A stretch of 64,000 bases of DNA from a virus. The stretch covers positions 6,207 to 70,206 of IMG/VR virus record IMGVR_UViG_3300032291_003216; one strand, 5' to 3'. How positions within the stretch are numbered: position 1 is the stretch's first letter; every line of letters starts with the position of its first letter. The position numbers and the translations under genes are program-made. Below the pieces are notes generated by a model. That model made no database searches. It was given only the letters and a program-made list of their open reading frames with translations, and was not told the DNA's origin. Positions 18,944 through 27,786 of this stretch are shown here, piece after piece.

Positions 18944-21069
18944 CGGTCCTGCCTGAGCGGGATGCGCCCGCGAAGGTTGCCGCCGCTGGCCGCGCTCTGG
19001 TCGAACGCGAACGCCGCCAGCTCGAGGCGCGTGGGGTAGGTGACTTCGATCTCAAACGCCCACGAGTAGGCGTTCTCGAGGCCCGCGGGGACCATGCGCC
19101 AGACGAGGCGCGGCTCATGTGCTCGGGCCGTGCCGACCACCGCTGCGCCGGCGATGTCGCGGACCACGTCCGTTCCGTCGTCGACTCCGATGGCGAGCAC
19201 GTCGTTCATCTCAATGACGGGCTTCCACGAACCGTTGCGGAAGTAGCGCACGGTGAACGTTCCGTCGAAGCCGTCCATCATCCCGAGGAAGATGGAGCGG
19301 ACATGGACCGGCGTCATGCCCGTCTCGTCCGCCTTGATCCACGCCGAACGGTAGAGGCCCTTGCGGGTCAACGGCGTGTAGGCGGTCGTTTCGTGGTCGG
19401 CCACGTAGACGTCGTAGCCGGCTGGTCCGCCCTGCTGGTTGAGCTTCGTCGGGTCACGGCCCGCCATGAGGATGTACTGGCGATAGTCGTCCGTCCGACA
19501 CATGTCCGCGATCCACAGCGTCGTGTCGACCGCGCCTGTGCCAAGCTCCTGACGGCGCCAGTTCTCGCCATCGAAGATGAACAGCACCGTATTGCGCTGC
19601 ACGCCGGCCGGCGCCACCGCGCAGCGGTACTCCAGCGACCGCGCGTCCACGACCGACACCGCCTTGCGGTAGCGCGCCATGTTGAGGCCCGTGCGGGTCA
19701 GCGCCTGAATCGGCTGCGACACGCGCGTGATCTTCTGGCTCGGGTCCATCGTGTAGAAGCCGTCGCGCGCGAGCCAGATGAGGCGGCCGTCCGCGAGCGC
19801 CTTGATGCTCCGCGGTGCAACGCAGCCGACGCCCATCGCCAGCGTGACGGAGCCGGACAGCTGGCCCGTCGCACGGTCTGGCGTGATGTCGTAGATGGCG
19901 TTCTCGGTGAACGCGAGCAGGAACCCAGCGTGCGACGCGACCGCGGTTACCTCGGCCCCGTTGGAGTCGGGGTAGACGAAGTCGTCCTTCGGCAGCGTGC
20001 CGGGGAACCCCGGAGAGGAGCGCCGGACGAGGCCGGGGTCGGCCAGCATGTTCGCGATGATGAGGCAGCCCTGATGCGCGCACATCGTGCGAAACACCGG
20101 AAACGGAACCGTGGGCTCCATCTCAGAGCCGAGGTAGCTGTCCGCCTTCCGGTCGCCGAAGATGAACTGCTCGCGACCTGCGAAGCGGGCGAGGAACCGC
20201 GGCTTCGTGCTGCCTCGCGTCGTGTCTGCGCTACGGTAGACGTTGACCGCCGCCGTGTAGTCCGGCCCCTTTGCAGTGTGACGCACCATGAACTGCCGCG
20301 TCAGGTCGTCGATCTCAGCGCCCGTCGTCGTCGGCGTTCCGGCGGGGGCGTTTGGATCGTACGGGCTCGCCTGCGTCGTGCGGATGTAGGCTTGGTTTGA
20401 CGGCGGAGACGGCGCAGAGAGGTTGCCGTGGATGTCTTCGAGCTGGACGTAGTAGTACCACGTCCCATCAAGCACAGCGCCCTGCGTGCCGCTGAGCACG
20501 TCGCCGGGCGTGCCGATCTCGCCGCGCCACGAGTAGCCGCCTGAGTTGGGGTAGGCGATCTGCTTGTTCGGAAGCGGCTGCGGCCCATAGACCGATGGCG
20601 CCGACGGAATCTCCTGAAAGCCGAGCGGAACGACGACACCCTGCGCGTCGATGACGAGCGGGTAGTCGATGCCGTTTGCCCAGATGATCTTGTCGTTGAG
20701 GACGAGGAACTGGTCGGGATAGCCGGGCCGCGTGTCGGAGGTCAGTCCTGTCTGGATGACTTCCCACCCGCGCTGCCAGCCCGCGTGCCGGTACAGGTTC
20801 GTGCCGGAGCGGACCAGCAGCGTATCTGCCACGCCACCCGAGAGAGCGGCGTGGAAGATGCCGTGCATCTCGCCGAAGGGTGCGGACGGAATCGTCGCGC
20901 CCCGCGTCGGCTCGTAGACGGTAGGGCCGCGGACAGTCGCCAGCGTGGAGCGGATCGTCGTCTCAAAGTTGATGATCTGCTGCGCGATGTTCGACGGGGC
21001 GTAGACCGAGGGCGCTTCACCGAGGGGGATGAAGAACTGCTTGGTCTGCTGGTTGTCCGGGCCTGCCAT
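18940..21069 (-). CDS. tail nozzle/stabilization protein (T7 gp12/P22 gp10-like)
   Basis: 709 aa, propeller-like repeats, GVGCVAPRSI...LIWLARDGFY motif. Confidence 0.7.
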   Translation of the reverse strand: MAGPDNQQTKQFFIPLGEAPSVYAPSNIAQQIINFETTIRSTLATVRGPTVYEPTRGATIPSAPFGEMHGIFHAALSGGVADTLLVRSGTNLYRHAGWQRGWEVIQTGLTSDTRPGYPDQFLVLNDKIIWANGIDYPLVIDAQGVVVPLGFQEIPSAPSVYGPQPLPNKQIAYPNSGGYSWRGEIGTPGDVLSGTQGAVLDGTWYYYVQLEDIHGNLSAPSPPSNQAYIRTTQASPYDPNAPAGTPTTTGAEIDDLTRQFMVRHTAKGPDYTAAVNVYRSADTTRGSTKPRFLARFAGREQFIFGDRKADSYLGSEMEPTVPFPVFRTMCAHQGCLIIANMLADPGLVRRSSPGFPGTLPKDDFVYPDSNGAEVTAVASHAGFLLAFTENAIYDITPDRATGQLSGSVTLAMGVGCVAPRSIKALADGRLIWLARDGFYTMDPSQKITRVSQPIQALTRTGLNMARYRKAVSVVDARSLEYRCAVAPAGVQRNTVLFIFDGENWRRQELGTGAVDTTLWIADMCRTDDYRQYILMAGRDPTKLNQQGGPAGYDVYVADHETTAYTPLTRKGLYRSAWIKADETGMTPVHVRSIFLGMMDGFDGTFTVRYFRNGSWKPVIEMNDVLAIGVDDGTDVVRDIAGAAVVGTARAHEPRLVWRMVPAGLENAYSWAFEIEVTYPTRLELAAFAFDQSAASGGNLRGRIPLRQDR

Positions 21070-21072
21070 TCG

Positions 21073-21504
21073 CTACACCTGGGGAAGCTGCGGCACCGGG
21101 AGCTTCGGCACGGGGCCGCGCTTCTTGGTGATCGCGTTGGTGATCTCGGAGGCGTCCGCGACGAGGAACTCGTCCTTGTGCTCCGGCGCCTCGACGGCGG
21201 CCTTGGCGGCCTCGGCGGCCCGCTGCTCACCGATCTTCACCGTCTGCGCCGGCGAGAACCAGTTGCCGAGCTGCTCGTCGTGGATCCAGCCCTTCGGGCG
21301 CCAGTCGTGGATGTTGCGGTGCTCCTGATCGCCGGTCACGAACTCGGTGCCGTTCTTCGTCATCATCACGGCCTGCCAGAGGCCGCCGGCCTTCGGGCCG
21401 GACTGGATGGCGACGATGAGGGCCTCCTCCTCGTTGCCGTTCAGGTTCTTGCGGACGAAGATGTCACCGATGTCAGGCTTCGGGAAGGCGTTGGTCACGG
21501 ACAT
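21073..21504 (-). CDS. hypothetical protein
   Basis: Start at ATG 21504 after AAGGAG. Confidence 0.6.
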   Translation of the reverse strand: MSVTNAFPKPDIGDIFVRKNLNGNEEEALIVAIQSGPKAGGLWQAVMMTKNGTEFVTGDQEHRNIHDWRPKGWIHDEQLGNWFSPAQTVKIGEQRAAEAAKAAVEAPEHKDEFLVADASEITNAITKKRGPVPKLPVPQLPQV

Positions 21505-21544
21505 GAGGCTCCTTGTGGTTGCCATGTAGGTATAACATGGAGCG

Positions 21545-23032
21545 TCAGGTCGTGTCGCGGAACCTTCCAAAGCGGAACCGGGCCGTGAAGCCGGTGATCG
21601 GCATGGGGTCCACCGCGCCGCCGGGGTTGGCGTAGCGCTTGCGGAAGTGGCGAGCCAGCTCGTTGTAGCGGCTCAGATGGATGTTGGCGCCGGTCTGGTC
21701 GACGCCGTCCATGAGGCACATGTAGTAGAGGCACAGCTCGATGTAGGACGGCACCGCGTCGCGCTGGATCGGCGGCGTGTCCTGATCGTCCTTGAGCTTC
21801 TTCGGCAGACGCTGCACGCGCAGGTCCAGCTCGTAGCGCTCGTCCTGATGCGGGAACACCTGATAGGCGTAGTAGCCAGTGCTGTGCTTCAGTTCGCGCT
21901 GGTAGTCGGGGATGGCCGAGCCGTTCCACGTAAAGACGCCGGCGGTAGGTTCGACCTCGCCAAGAAGGTAGAACTTGCCATTCGTCTCGACACGGTCAAA
22001 CCCGGTGCCGTAGGGAGTGGTCGTCTGGGTGCCTGTGCGTGCGACATAGATACGGATTCGCATGCCGCTACGGCTGTAGCGCAGCGTCGCGGGGTCGCCG
22101 AAGCCCAACATGGCGTCGATGTTCGTCGTCGTGATTTCGATGGCGCGGCCCGCCGAAGCACCTGTCTGCGTGTAGATGGCGCTGAGCGGAGACGGTGCAG
22201 ACTCCCACTGCGGGTCGCGTATGCCCTCGGGCGACCTCTGCCACTCAAGGTCGCGACGGCCCCAGACATACGTGAAGCAGAACTGGAACGTGCCTTCCCA
22301 CTCAGGTCCGGTCCACGGAGCGCCAGTATTCGGCGCTGTCGGCGCTGCTGTCGGAGGCGTTGACGGCGCAGGGATCTGGAAGTGGCGGTCGCGCCACAGG
22401 CGGAACGGCTGGCCCTTGTCCTCTCCGCGGTAGTCGACCATGTCCTGACGGTAGGCGCCGCCGGTGTCGATGGCCCAGACCTGCTGCCGCGTCTCGTTGT
22501 AGAGGCGCGCGGGCTCCAGCACACGGGTCACGTCGTCGCAGACGAAGAACTCGGGCTGATGGAGGCGGAACGAGAACGCCGTGCCCGCGGCGTCCCACGG
22601 GCGGTCGAGAGAGACGTAGTACCCAGCCGGCGCTCCGGAGAGCAGCCAGAACTCGCGGCACTGCCGGCGGTGGACCTGCCCGTTGGTGTCGACCACCTCG
22701 ATGTGCATGATGCCGTCGAAGGTGCCCGTGACATCCGGAACCCACGGGCTCGACGGCGTCAGGGCCACACCATTGGGGTCGACGAACTTCAGGACGCGCG
22801 TGTCGGCCGTCGGCGAGACACGGGCCTGCACAGAGGCGTCATCTCCAACGACATCCTTCTGGAGGACGATGTGCTCATCGTCGGGGACCACGGCTTCTGG
22901 CACATCACCAGAGATGCGCTCCAAGGCCGTGTTCATGGCCTGCACGACGCGGTTGTCCAGCGTCGTTCCCGTGCTGTCCCAAGCACGGAAGTTGAAGAGG
23001 CGGGCACGAAGCGCACCGAGAGATGTGTCCAT
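21545..23032 (-). CDS. head-tail adaptor/tail tubular protein A-like
   Basis: 495 aa; helical N- and C-termini typical of adaptors; position after the capsid genes. Confidence 0.6.
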   Translation of the reverse strand: MDTSLGALRARLFNFRAWDSTGTTLDNRVVQAMNTALERISGDVPEAVVPDDEHIVLQKDVVGDDASVQARVSPTADTRVLKFVDPNGVALTPSSPWVPDVTGTFDGIMHIEVVDTNGQVHRRQCREFWLLSGAPAGYYVSLDRPWDAAGTAFSFRLHQPEFFVCDDVTRVLEPARLYNETRQQVWAIDTGGAYRQDMVDYRGEDKGQPFRLWRDRHFQIPAPSTPPTAAPTAPNTGAPWTGPEWEGTFQFCFTYVWGRRDLEWQRSPEGIRDPQWESAPSPLSAIYTQTGASAGRAIEITTTNIDAMLGFGDPATLRYSRSGMRIRIYVARTGTQTTTPYGTGFDRVETNGKFYLLGEVEPTAGVFTWNGSAIPDYQRELKHSTGYYAYQVFPHQDERYELDLRVQRLPKKLKDDQDTPPIQRDAVPSYIELCLYYMCLMDGVDQTGANIHLSRYNELARHFRKRYANPGGAVDPMPITGFTARFRFGRFRDTT

Positions 23033-23071
23033 GCCCGCCCCTTATTCCTGCCGAAGCAGGGTTGCTACCTA

Positions 23072-23614
23072 CTACGGACGACAGTCGATGTACGCCGACC
23101 CGACCGCGCTGGCGAGGATCTGGACGTGCGACACGCCGATGATGCCTGCCGCTTCAGGGGCGGTGATGGGACTGGAAACCGGAACCACCGAACCAGCCAC
23201 CGTGGCGGAGGTCACGAACGGGGTGTCGGCGGCGAGGTTGCCCGCGCTGTCCACGCGGACCGAACCCTCACCCTTCACCAGAATGAAGCCATACGCACCA
23301 GCGCCGAACGTGGTGAGGGCGCTGCCGGCCGTGGTGTAGGTCTGCGCCACACCGAGAACGCGGAGCATCGGGACGGAGTTGGTCGCCGGAGCGAGCGTAC
23401 CGGAACCGAGGTTCTGCGCGGTGTTGGTCACAGCGGTGACGACCTGACCCTCGGTGAACGCGGAGGCCGAGGTGTTCTGGACATAACGCCAGACCTGATC
23501 GCCCTTGCCCGTCTGGGAACCGAGCACAAGGCGCTCGGTGCCGAGGGGGTAGACCTGAGTCGCGTCAATGACGTTGACGTCGTTCCCAAAGACCTGATTG
23601 TTGGCAGAGGACAT
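23072..23614 (-). CDS. capsid decoration/cement protein
   Basis: 180 aa after MCP; YPLGTE...WRYVQ, GAYGFILVKG. Confidence 0.6.
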   Translation of the reverse strand: MSSANNQVFGNDVNVIDATQVYPLGTERLVLGSQTGKGDQVWRYVQNTSASAFTEGQVVTAVTNTAQNLGSGTLAPATNSVPMLRVLGVAQTYTTAGSALTTFGAGAYGFILVKGEGSVRVDSAGNLAADTPFVTSATVAGSVVPVSSPITAPEAAGIIGVSHVQILASAVGSAYIDCRP

Positions 23615-23656
23615 GTTGAAGTCTCCTTGAAGTGGAAGTGAGTCCTGACGGATCGC

Positions 23657-24706
23657 TTAGAGCGCGCCGCCGGAGACGCAGCCCTGCGCCGGGGTCTTCG
23701 TGCAGATGATGTTGCCCTGCATCGAGAAGATGGCGGTGACCACGTCCTGATCGCCGACGCGCTCCGAGAACGGGGTGATGGAGGGGGCCTCCATCAGCGG
23801 CATCTCGATGTAGTCGGTGTTGAGGATGTAGGTGACGCCGTCGTTCGCCACACCGGTGAACAGCGAGCGATTCAGGTCGATGGAGGAGTAGACCTTCGCC
23901 ACGCCAAGCTCGAGGCCCAGCATGTTCGTCTTCTCGGTCTTGTCCTCGACGAGCGCGACGCGGACGAGGGAGAGACGGCTGTCCTCAAAGTTGGTGTAGG
24001 TGTCGTCGTCCATCACGACGAGGTCCGGGCCCTTGCCCATGCCGCCCGCGTAGTGGGCGCACTGGCGGTAGGTCTTGCGGAGCACCGGCAGACCGTCGGT
24101 GGCCCACGCGGTGATGTCGTTGTACTGGTTGAAGTGCGAGTACGACGAGGACTTCGCGACGTTCTGCACCACGTCCGCCTGCGCGGTCGTGAGCTGGAAG
24201 TCGAGAAGGCCGTTCGTCACGCCCGTGCCGGAGCCCGCCGCGAACTGGCCGTTGAGGCTCAGGAAGCCGGCGAGGTCGGCGGTCTGGAACACGAGGCCGC
24301 GGGAGGCGCCGGTGAGGAGGAAGGCGTTGAGGTCAGACTTGGCGCCCTCAAGCGTGGTCTGGGGGTACTCCTCGATGAGGCGGATCACAGCGAGCTTGCC
24401 GCTGTTGAAGAGGAGTTCCTTCTTCGGGATGTTGATCGCGGCCACGATGCGGTGCGGCTCGACCTGGAAGCGCTTGGTCTGCTGACGGCGCGTCATGTTG
24501 AGCAGCTCGTCGCCGACGAAGACGCCGACGCCGCGGGCGGGGGCGCCGCCGGCGAAGGAACGCTCGATGAGGCTGCCGCCCTCAGAGGGCATGCGCGCCT
24601 TGGTCATAAGCGCGTCGAGCAGCTCATTGGAGCGGATGAAGGAGTTGATGAGCGGGCCGCGCAGGTCCGCGAACGTGGTGTTGAGGATTTCGGTAGAGAT
24701 CGCCAT
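23657..24706 (-). CDS. major capsid protein (HK97 fold)
   Basis: 349 aa, very high GC3, EGGSLIERS and PDLVVMDD motifs, strong RBS. Confidence 0.8.
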   Translation of the reverse strand: MAISTEILNTTFADLRGPLINSFIRSNELLDALMTKARMPSEGGSLIERSFAGGAPARGVGVFVGDELLNMTRRQQTKRFQVEPHRIVAAINIPKKELLFNSGKLAVIRLIEEYPQTTLEGAKSDLNAFLLTGASRGLVFQTADLAGFLSLNGQFAAGSGTGVTNGLLDFQLTTAQADVVQNVAKSSSYSHFNQYNDITAWATDGLPVLRKTYRQCAHYAGGMGKGPDLVVMDDDTYTNFEDSRLSLVRVALVEDKTEKTNMLGLELGVAKVYSSIDLNRSLFTGVANDGVTYILNTDYIEMPLMEAPSITPFSERVGDQDVVTAIFSMQGNIICTKTPAQGCVSGGAL

Positions 24707-24712
24707 CTTGAA

Positions 24713-24865
24713 CTCCGTAGCCGGGGGCAGACGCGCGGTGCGACTCCGACCGGCTGGGTCGAAGGAACGGTTGAGGTTCGTGCTGCGCCTGCCCGCTTGC
24801 CGTTGCTACGGACCCCGAAGGGCTACCCGAAACACCAACGAGGGGTGCTCAAGAAAGTTAGCACG
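24713..24865 (-). promoter_or_regulatory. MCP extended -10 promoter and structured 5' leader
   Basis: TG-C-TAACTT at 24863-24855; UCCGUAGC (24812-24805) pairs with GCUACGGA overlapping the SD. Confidence 0.45.
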
Positions 24866-24933
24866 GTGTGTTGCAACCACGCAAGCAGCGGGATACGAAA
24901 AGTTGCCGCCGAGAGTGGAAGGCCCCCGCACGC

Positions 24934-25362
24934 CTATGACGAACGGTCCTTGCCTTCGTGGAGGCCGTGGCGCGCGAACTGCTCGCCCTTCTTGGACGCC
25001 TCGCGCTTCGCACGGGTAGCCGCGACGAGCTTCTGCATCCCACCCGGTGTGGAACGAAGACGCTCAATGGCCTTCTTCGGCGCGTAGACCTCGCCGGTGG
25101 CCTTCGGCCCCTGCACGCTGGGCTTGCCGGAGGGTGTCGTCCACTCCTGCTTCGTCCACTTCTTGAGGCTCTTCTGCGACTTCGACGGCCCGCTCTTGTA
25201 GCTACCGCCCGCCTTCTTGTACTGCTGGGCGACCATCTGCGCCTTGCGGGCGGACCACTGGCCCGGCTTGCCGCCCTTGCCGCCTGCGAGGACGCGCTTC
25301 TTGATGCGCTCTCGCAGTCCGGGGTTGGAGTAGACCTGCTTCAACGTCGAGCGTCGGTCCAT
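24934..25362 (-). CDS. DUF5872-like basic phage protein
   Basis: GGKPGQWSARKAQMVAQQYKKAGGSYK signature; start ATG 25362. Confidence 0.7.
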   Translation of the reverse strand: MDRRSTLKQVYSNPGLRERIKKRVLAGGKGGKPGQWSARKAQMVAQQYKKAGGSYKSGPSKSQKSLKKWTKQEWTTPSGKPSVQGPKATGEVYAPKKAIERLRSTPGGMQKLVAATRAKREASKKGEQFARHGLHEGKDRSS

Positions 25363-25748
25363 CACTTCCCTCGCTTGTCGGCGGCCTCCATCTGGCGCGC
25401 CACCTTGTTCGCCCACGCCTTGCCGGCCCCACCACCCCAGAGGAGGCCCGCGACGTAGCCCTTGTCTTCCTTCGGGCTCTTCCCCGCGTCGAGCTGGTAG
25501 TTGCTCGCGTGTCGGTCGAAGTACGCCTTCATCCGCTTCACGGTGGACGGGTCCATCTCAGAGCGGTTCTTCAGGTTCGCGGCGCGCTGGACGCCGGAGC
25601 CGATGCCCTGAGCGGCGGCCTGCTTCGCGTCGAGGCCCGCCTTCTGCGACTTCGACTGCTCGCGGCGCAGCATGAGGCCGCGCACGGCAGCCGCGGCCAC
25701 GGACTGCGGCGGCTTGAAGTTGATGTGCTTGTACTTACCCTCGGCCAC
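25362..25748 (-). CDS. conserved phage head-region protein
   Basis: GVQRA...TVKRMKAYFDRH...LLWGG...WA motif typical of phage head modules. Confidence 0.65.
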   Translation of the reverse strand: MAEGKYKHINFKPPQSVAAAAVRGLMLRREQSKSQKAGLDAKQAAAQGIGSGVQRAANLKNRSEMDPSTVKRMKAYFDRHASNYQLDAGKSPKEDKGYVAGLLWGGGAGKAWANKVARQMEAADKRGK

Positions 25749-25875
25749 CGGTCATCTCCCGCTGTACACGGTTCGCGACGAGCGCCTTGATCATCTCCCG
25801 CTTCTGCGCGGCGGGGATGGCCTTGGCGCCCTTCTTGTCAGGCAGGGTCGTGTTCTGCACGTCGGTGCCGATCAC
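25735..25875 (-). CDS. small basic protein (46 aa)
   Basis: GTG start overlaps the upstream TGA; MIGTDVQNTTLPDKKGAK...; fills the operon gap. Confidence 0.45.
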   Translation of the reverse strand: MIGTDVQNTTLPDKKGAKAIPAAQKREMIKALVANRVQREMTGGRG

Positions 25876-26087
25876 TTCATCTTCCCGAGCGTGCGGGCGA
25901 GCACGAGCTGCTTGAGCAGGGTGCGCTTGGCGGACGAGAGCTTCTTGTCGCCCTCGCTCTCCTTCTGGAGCTGACCGATCTTGGCAGCGATCTTCTCCTT
26001 CGGGATGTTCTCGCCTTCCTTGGCGCCCATCTTCTCGCGGAGAGCGCCCGGCTTCTTGATCGCGCCCTTGATCCAGTTGTCGGCCAT
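25872..26087 (-). CDS. small Lys-rich phage protein
   Basis: NWIKGAIKKPGALR motif; GGGGAG RBS. Confidence 0.7.
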   Translation of the reverse strand: MADNWIKGAIKKPGALREKMGAKEGENIPKEKIAAKIGQLQKESEGDKKLSSAKRTLLKQLVLARTLGKMK

Positions 26088-26107
26088 GTCGACTCCCCGC
26101 CCATACC

Positions 26108-26118
26108 GTGTTAGCATA
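26108..26118. promoter_or_regulatory. bidirectional extended -10 promoter
   Basis: GTGTTAGCATA: TG-T-TAGCAT (+) and TG-C-TAACAC (-) in the 49-bp gap between divergent late operons. Confidence 0.5.
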
Positions 26119-26136
26119 GGTTAGAGGCAGTCTACC

Positions 26137-27786
26137 GTGTCAGCTCCTGCAAGTCTACCGGGCGGCGCCAAGATCGTGCAGTTGCCGCACATGCACATGG
26201 GCAAGGTGAACGCGCTGTTCGCGACGCCGTGGGCGTTCGTCTCGATGTGCCAGATCGTCCGTGAGGACGAGTCCATCGGCTACCTCGAGCCGACGAACAT
26301 CCAGATGAAGTTCTTGCAGGCGTGCTCCGACCACCGCTGGGTGCTCTGCGACAAGTTCCGTCAGGCGAAGATCACCACGCCGTCGGTCATGCTGCTGCTC
26401 CGCGACTGCATGTACTTGCAGGGCGTGAAGGGCGTGCTGATCGCTGAGCGGCAGGACACCGCCGAGGACATCTTTGAGCGCATCCTGTTCGCCTACAAGA
26501 ACCTGCCCGACGACGTGAAGGTGCCGACCGAGGCGGGCCGCAAGCCCGGCACGACGCAGATTCACTTCATCCACGGCGGCGGCATCAAGGTGCTGACGGC
26601 TGGTGGACGCAGTCCCGCCGTTGGTCGCTCCATCGACCGCCTGCTCATCACCGAGTTCGGTGAGGCGCAGTGGCAGCGCAAGGCGGCGGCGAACATCTTC
26701 CCCGCCGTCAACAAGCGCCAGAACGCCCGCGTCATCTTGGAGTCGACGCCTGGCTCTGCTGGCAGTCACCACGAGACGATGTGGCACAACGCGCTGGAGG
26801 GCAAGGGTCGCTTCCACCCCGTGTTCTTGGAGTGGTGGCTTGACCCGTCGTGCCGCTCCGACCCCGCCGGTCTGAAGCCGACGGAGGTCGAGGTCGAGTA
26901 CATGAAGCGGCATCCGGGGATGGACCTCCACAACCTCGCGTTCCGCCGCCTCTCGCTCCAGACGGAGATGGGCAACGACGAGCGGCTCTTCACGTCGAAG
27001 TACCCGTCGGACGCCTACGACGGCTGGCTCGGCTCGGGCTCGCCCGTCATGCCCATCGACGTGCTCAAGGAGAGCCTGCTGCACTCCATCACGCCGCCGG
27101 AGCCGGTGGCGAAGGGCGCGAGCCTCTTGGAGAAGCCGGTGCGCGGTCGCGCGTACCTCATCTGCGCTGACCCAGCTGGCTTCGGCGGCTCGGGCGACAA
27201 CAGCGCCGTGACGGTGTGGGACGCGACGGAGCGTCGCGAGGTCGCCGTCTGGGAAGGGCGCGAAGACCCAGGTCGCTTCAGCGAGCGCCTCCTGAACCTC
27301 CAGCGCTTCTTCAACAACGGGCTCCTCGCCGTCGAGTCGAACGCCGCGGCGTGTATCGCCATGCTGAAGGACAAGGGCGCCCGCAACCTGCTCTGGACCG
27401 ACCGCAACCACCCCGGCTGGTACGCCACGGAGAAGCGGGTGCAGGAGGGCGAGGCCCGCCTCGTTCGCATGCTTCGTGAGCGGGAACTCACGATCAAGTC
27501 CAAGCCGCTGCTTCACCAGTTGCTGAACTACGACGGCAACCGCGGCAAGCGGTCGACGAACAGCGACGGCACGACGCACCACTTCGACTTGGCGCGCACC
27601 GCCGTCATGGCGGCCGACGTGCTGTCCCGTCGCCGCTTCACGAGCGATGAAATGCCGATGCAGACGCAGGATTCTGCCCCGTCCGATGAGGCTCGGGTTA
27701 CCATCGCCGACCTCGACCGTTACAAGCATCAAGAGCGTGCTGCGGCGCGCAACCCCTTCAAGCCCATCGCTCGGGAGTGGACATGA
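26137..27786 (+). CDS. terL: terminase large subunit
   Basis: KFRQAKITT (Walker A variant), LLITEF (Walker B), ESTPG coupling motif, ADPAG nuclease motif, VESN. Confidence 0.9.
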   Translation: MSAPASLPGGAKIVQLPHMHMGKVNALFATPWAFVSMCQIVREDESIGYLEPTNIQMKFLQACSDHRWVLCDKFRQAKITTPSVMLLLRDCMYLQGVKGVLIAERQDTAEDIFERILFAYKNLPDDVKVPTEAGRKPGTTQIHFIHGGGIKVLTAGGRSPAVGRSIDRLLITEFGEAQWQRKAAANIFPAVNKRQNARVILESTPGSAGSHHETMWHNALEGKGRFHPVFLEWWLDPSCRSDPAGLKPTEVEVEYMKRHPGMDLHNLAFRRLSLQTEMGNDERLFTSKYPSDAYDGWLGSGSPVMPIDVLKESLLHSITPPEPVAKGASLLEKPVRGRAYLICADPAGFGGSGDNSAVTVWDATERREVAVWEGREDPGRFSERLLNLQRFFNNGLLAVESNAAACIAMLKDKGARNLLWTDRNHPGWYATEKRVQEGEARLVRMLRERELTIKSKPLLHQLLNYDGNRGKRSTNSDGTTHHFDLARTAVMAADVLSRRRFTSDEMPMQTQDSAPSDEARVTIADLDRYKHQERAAARNPFKPIAREWT

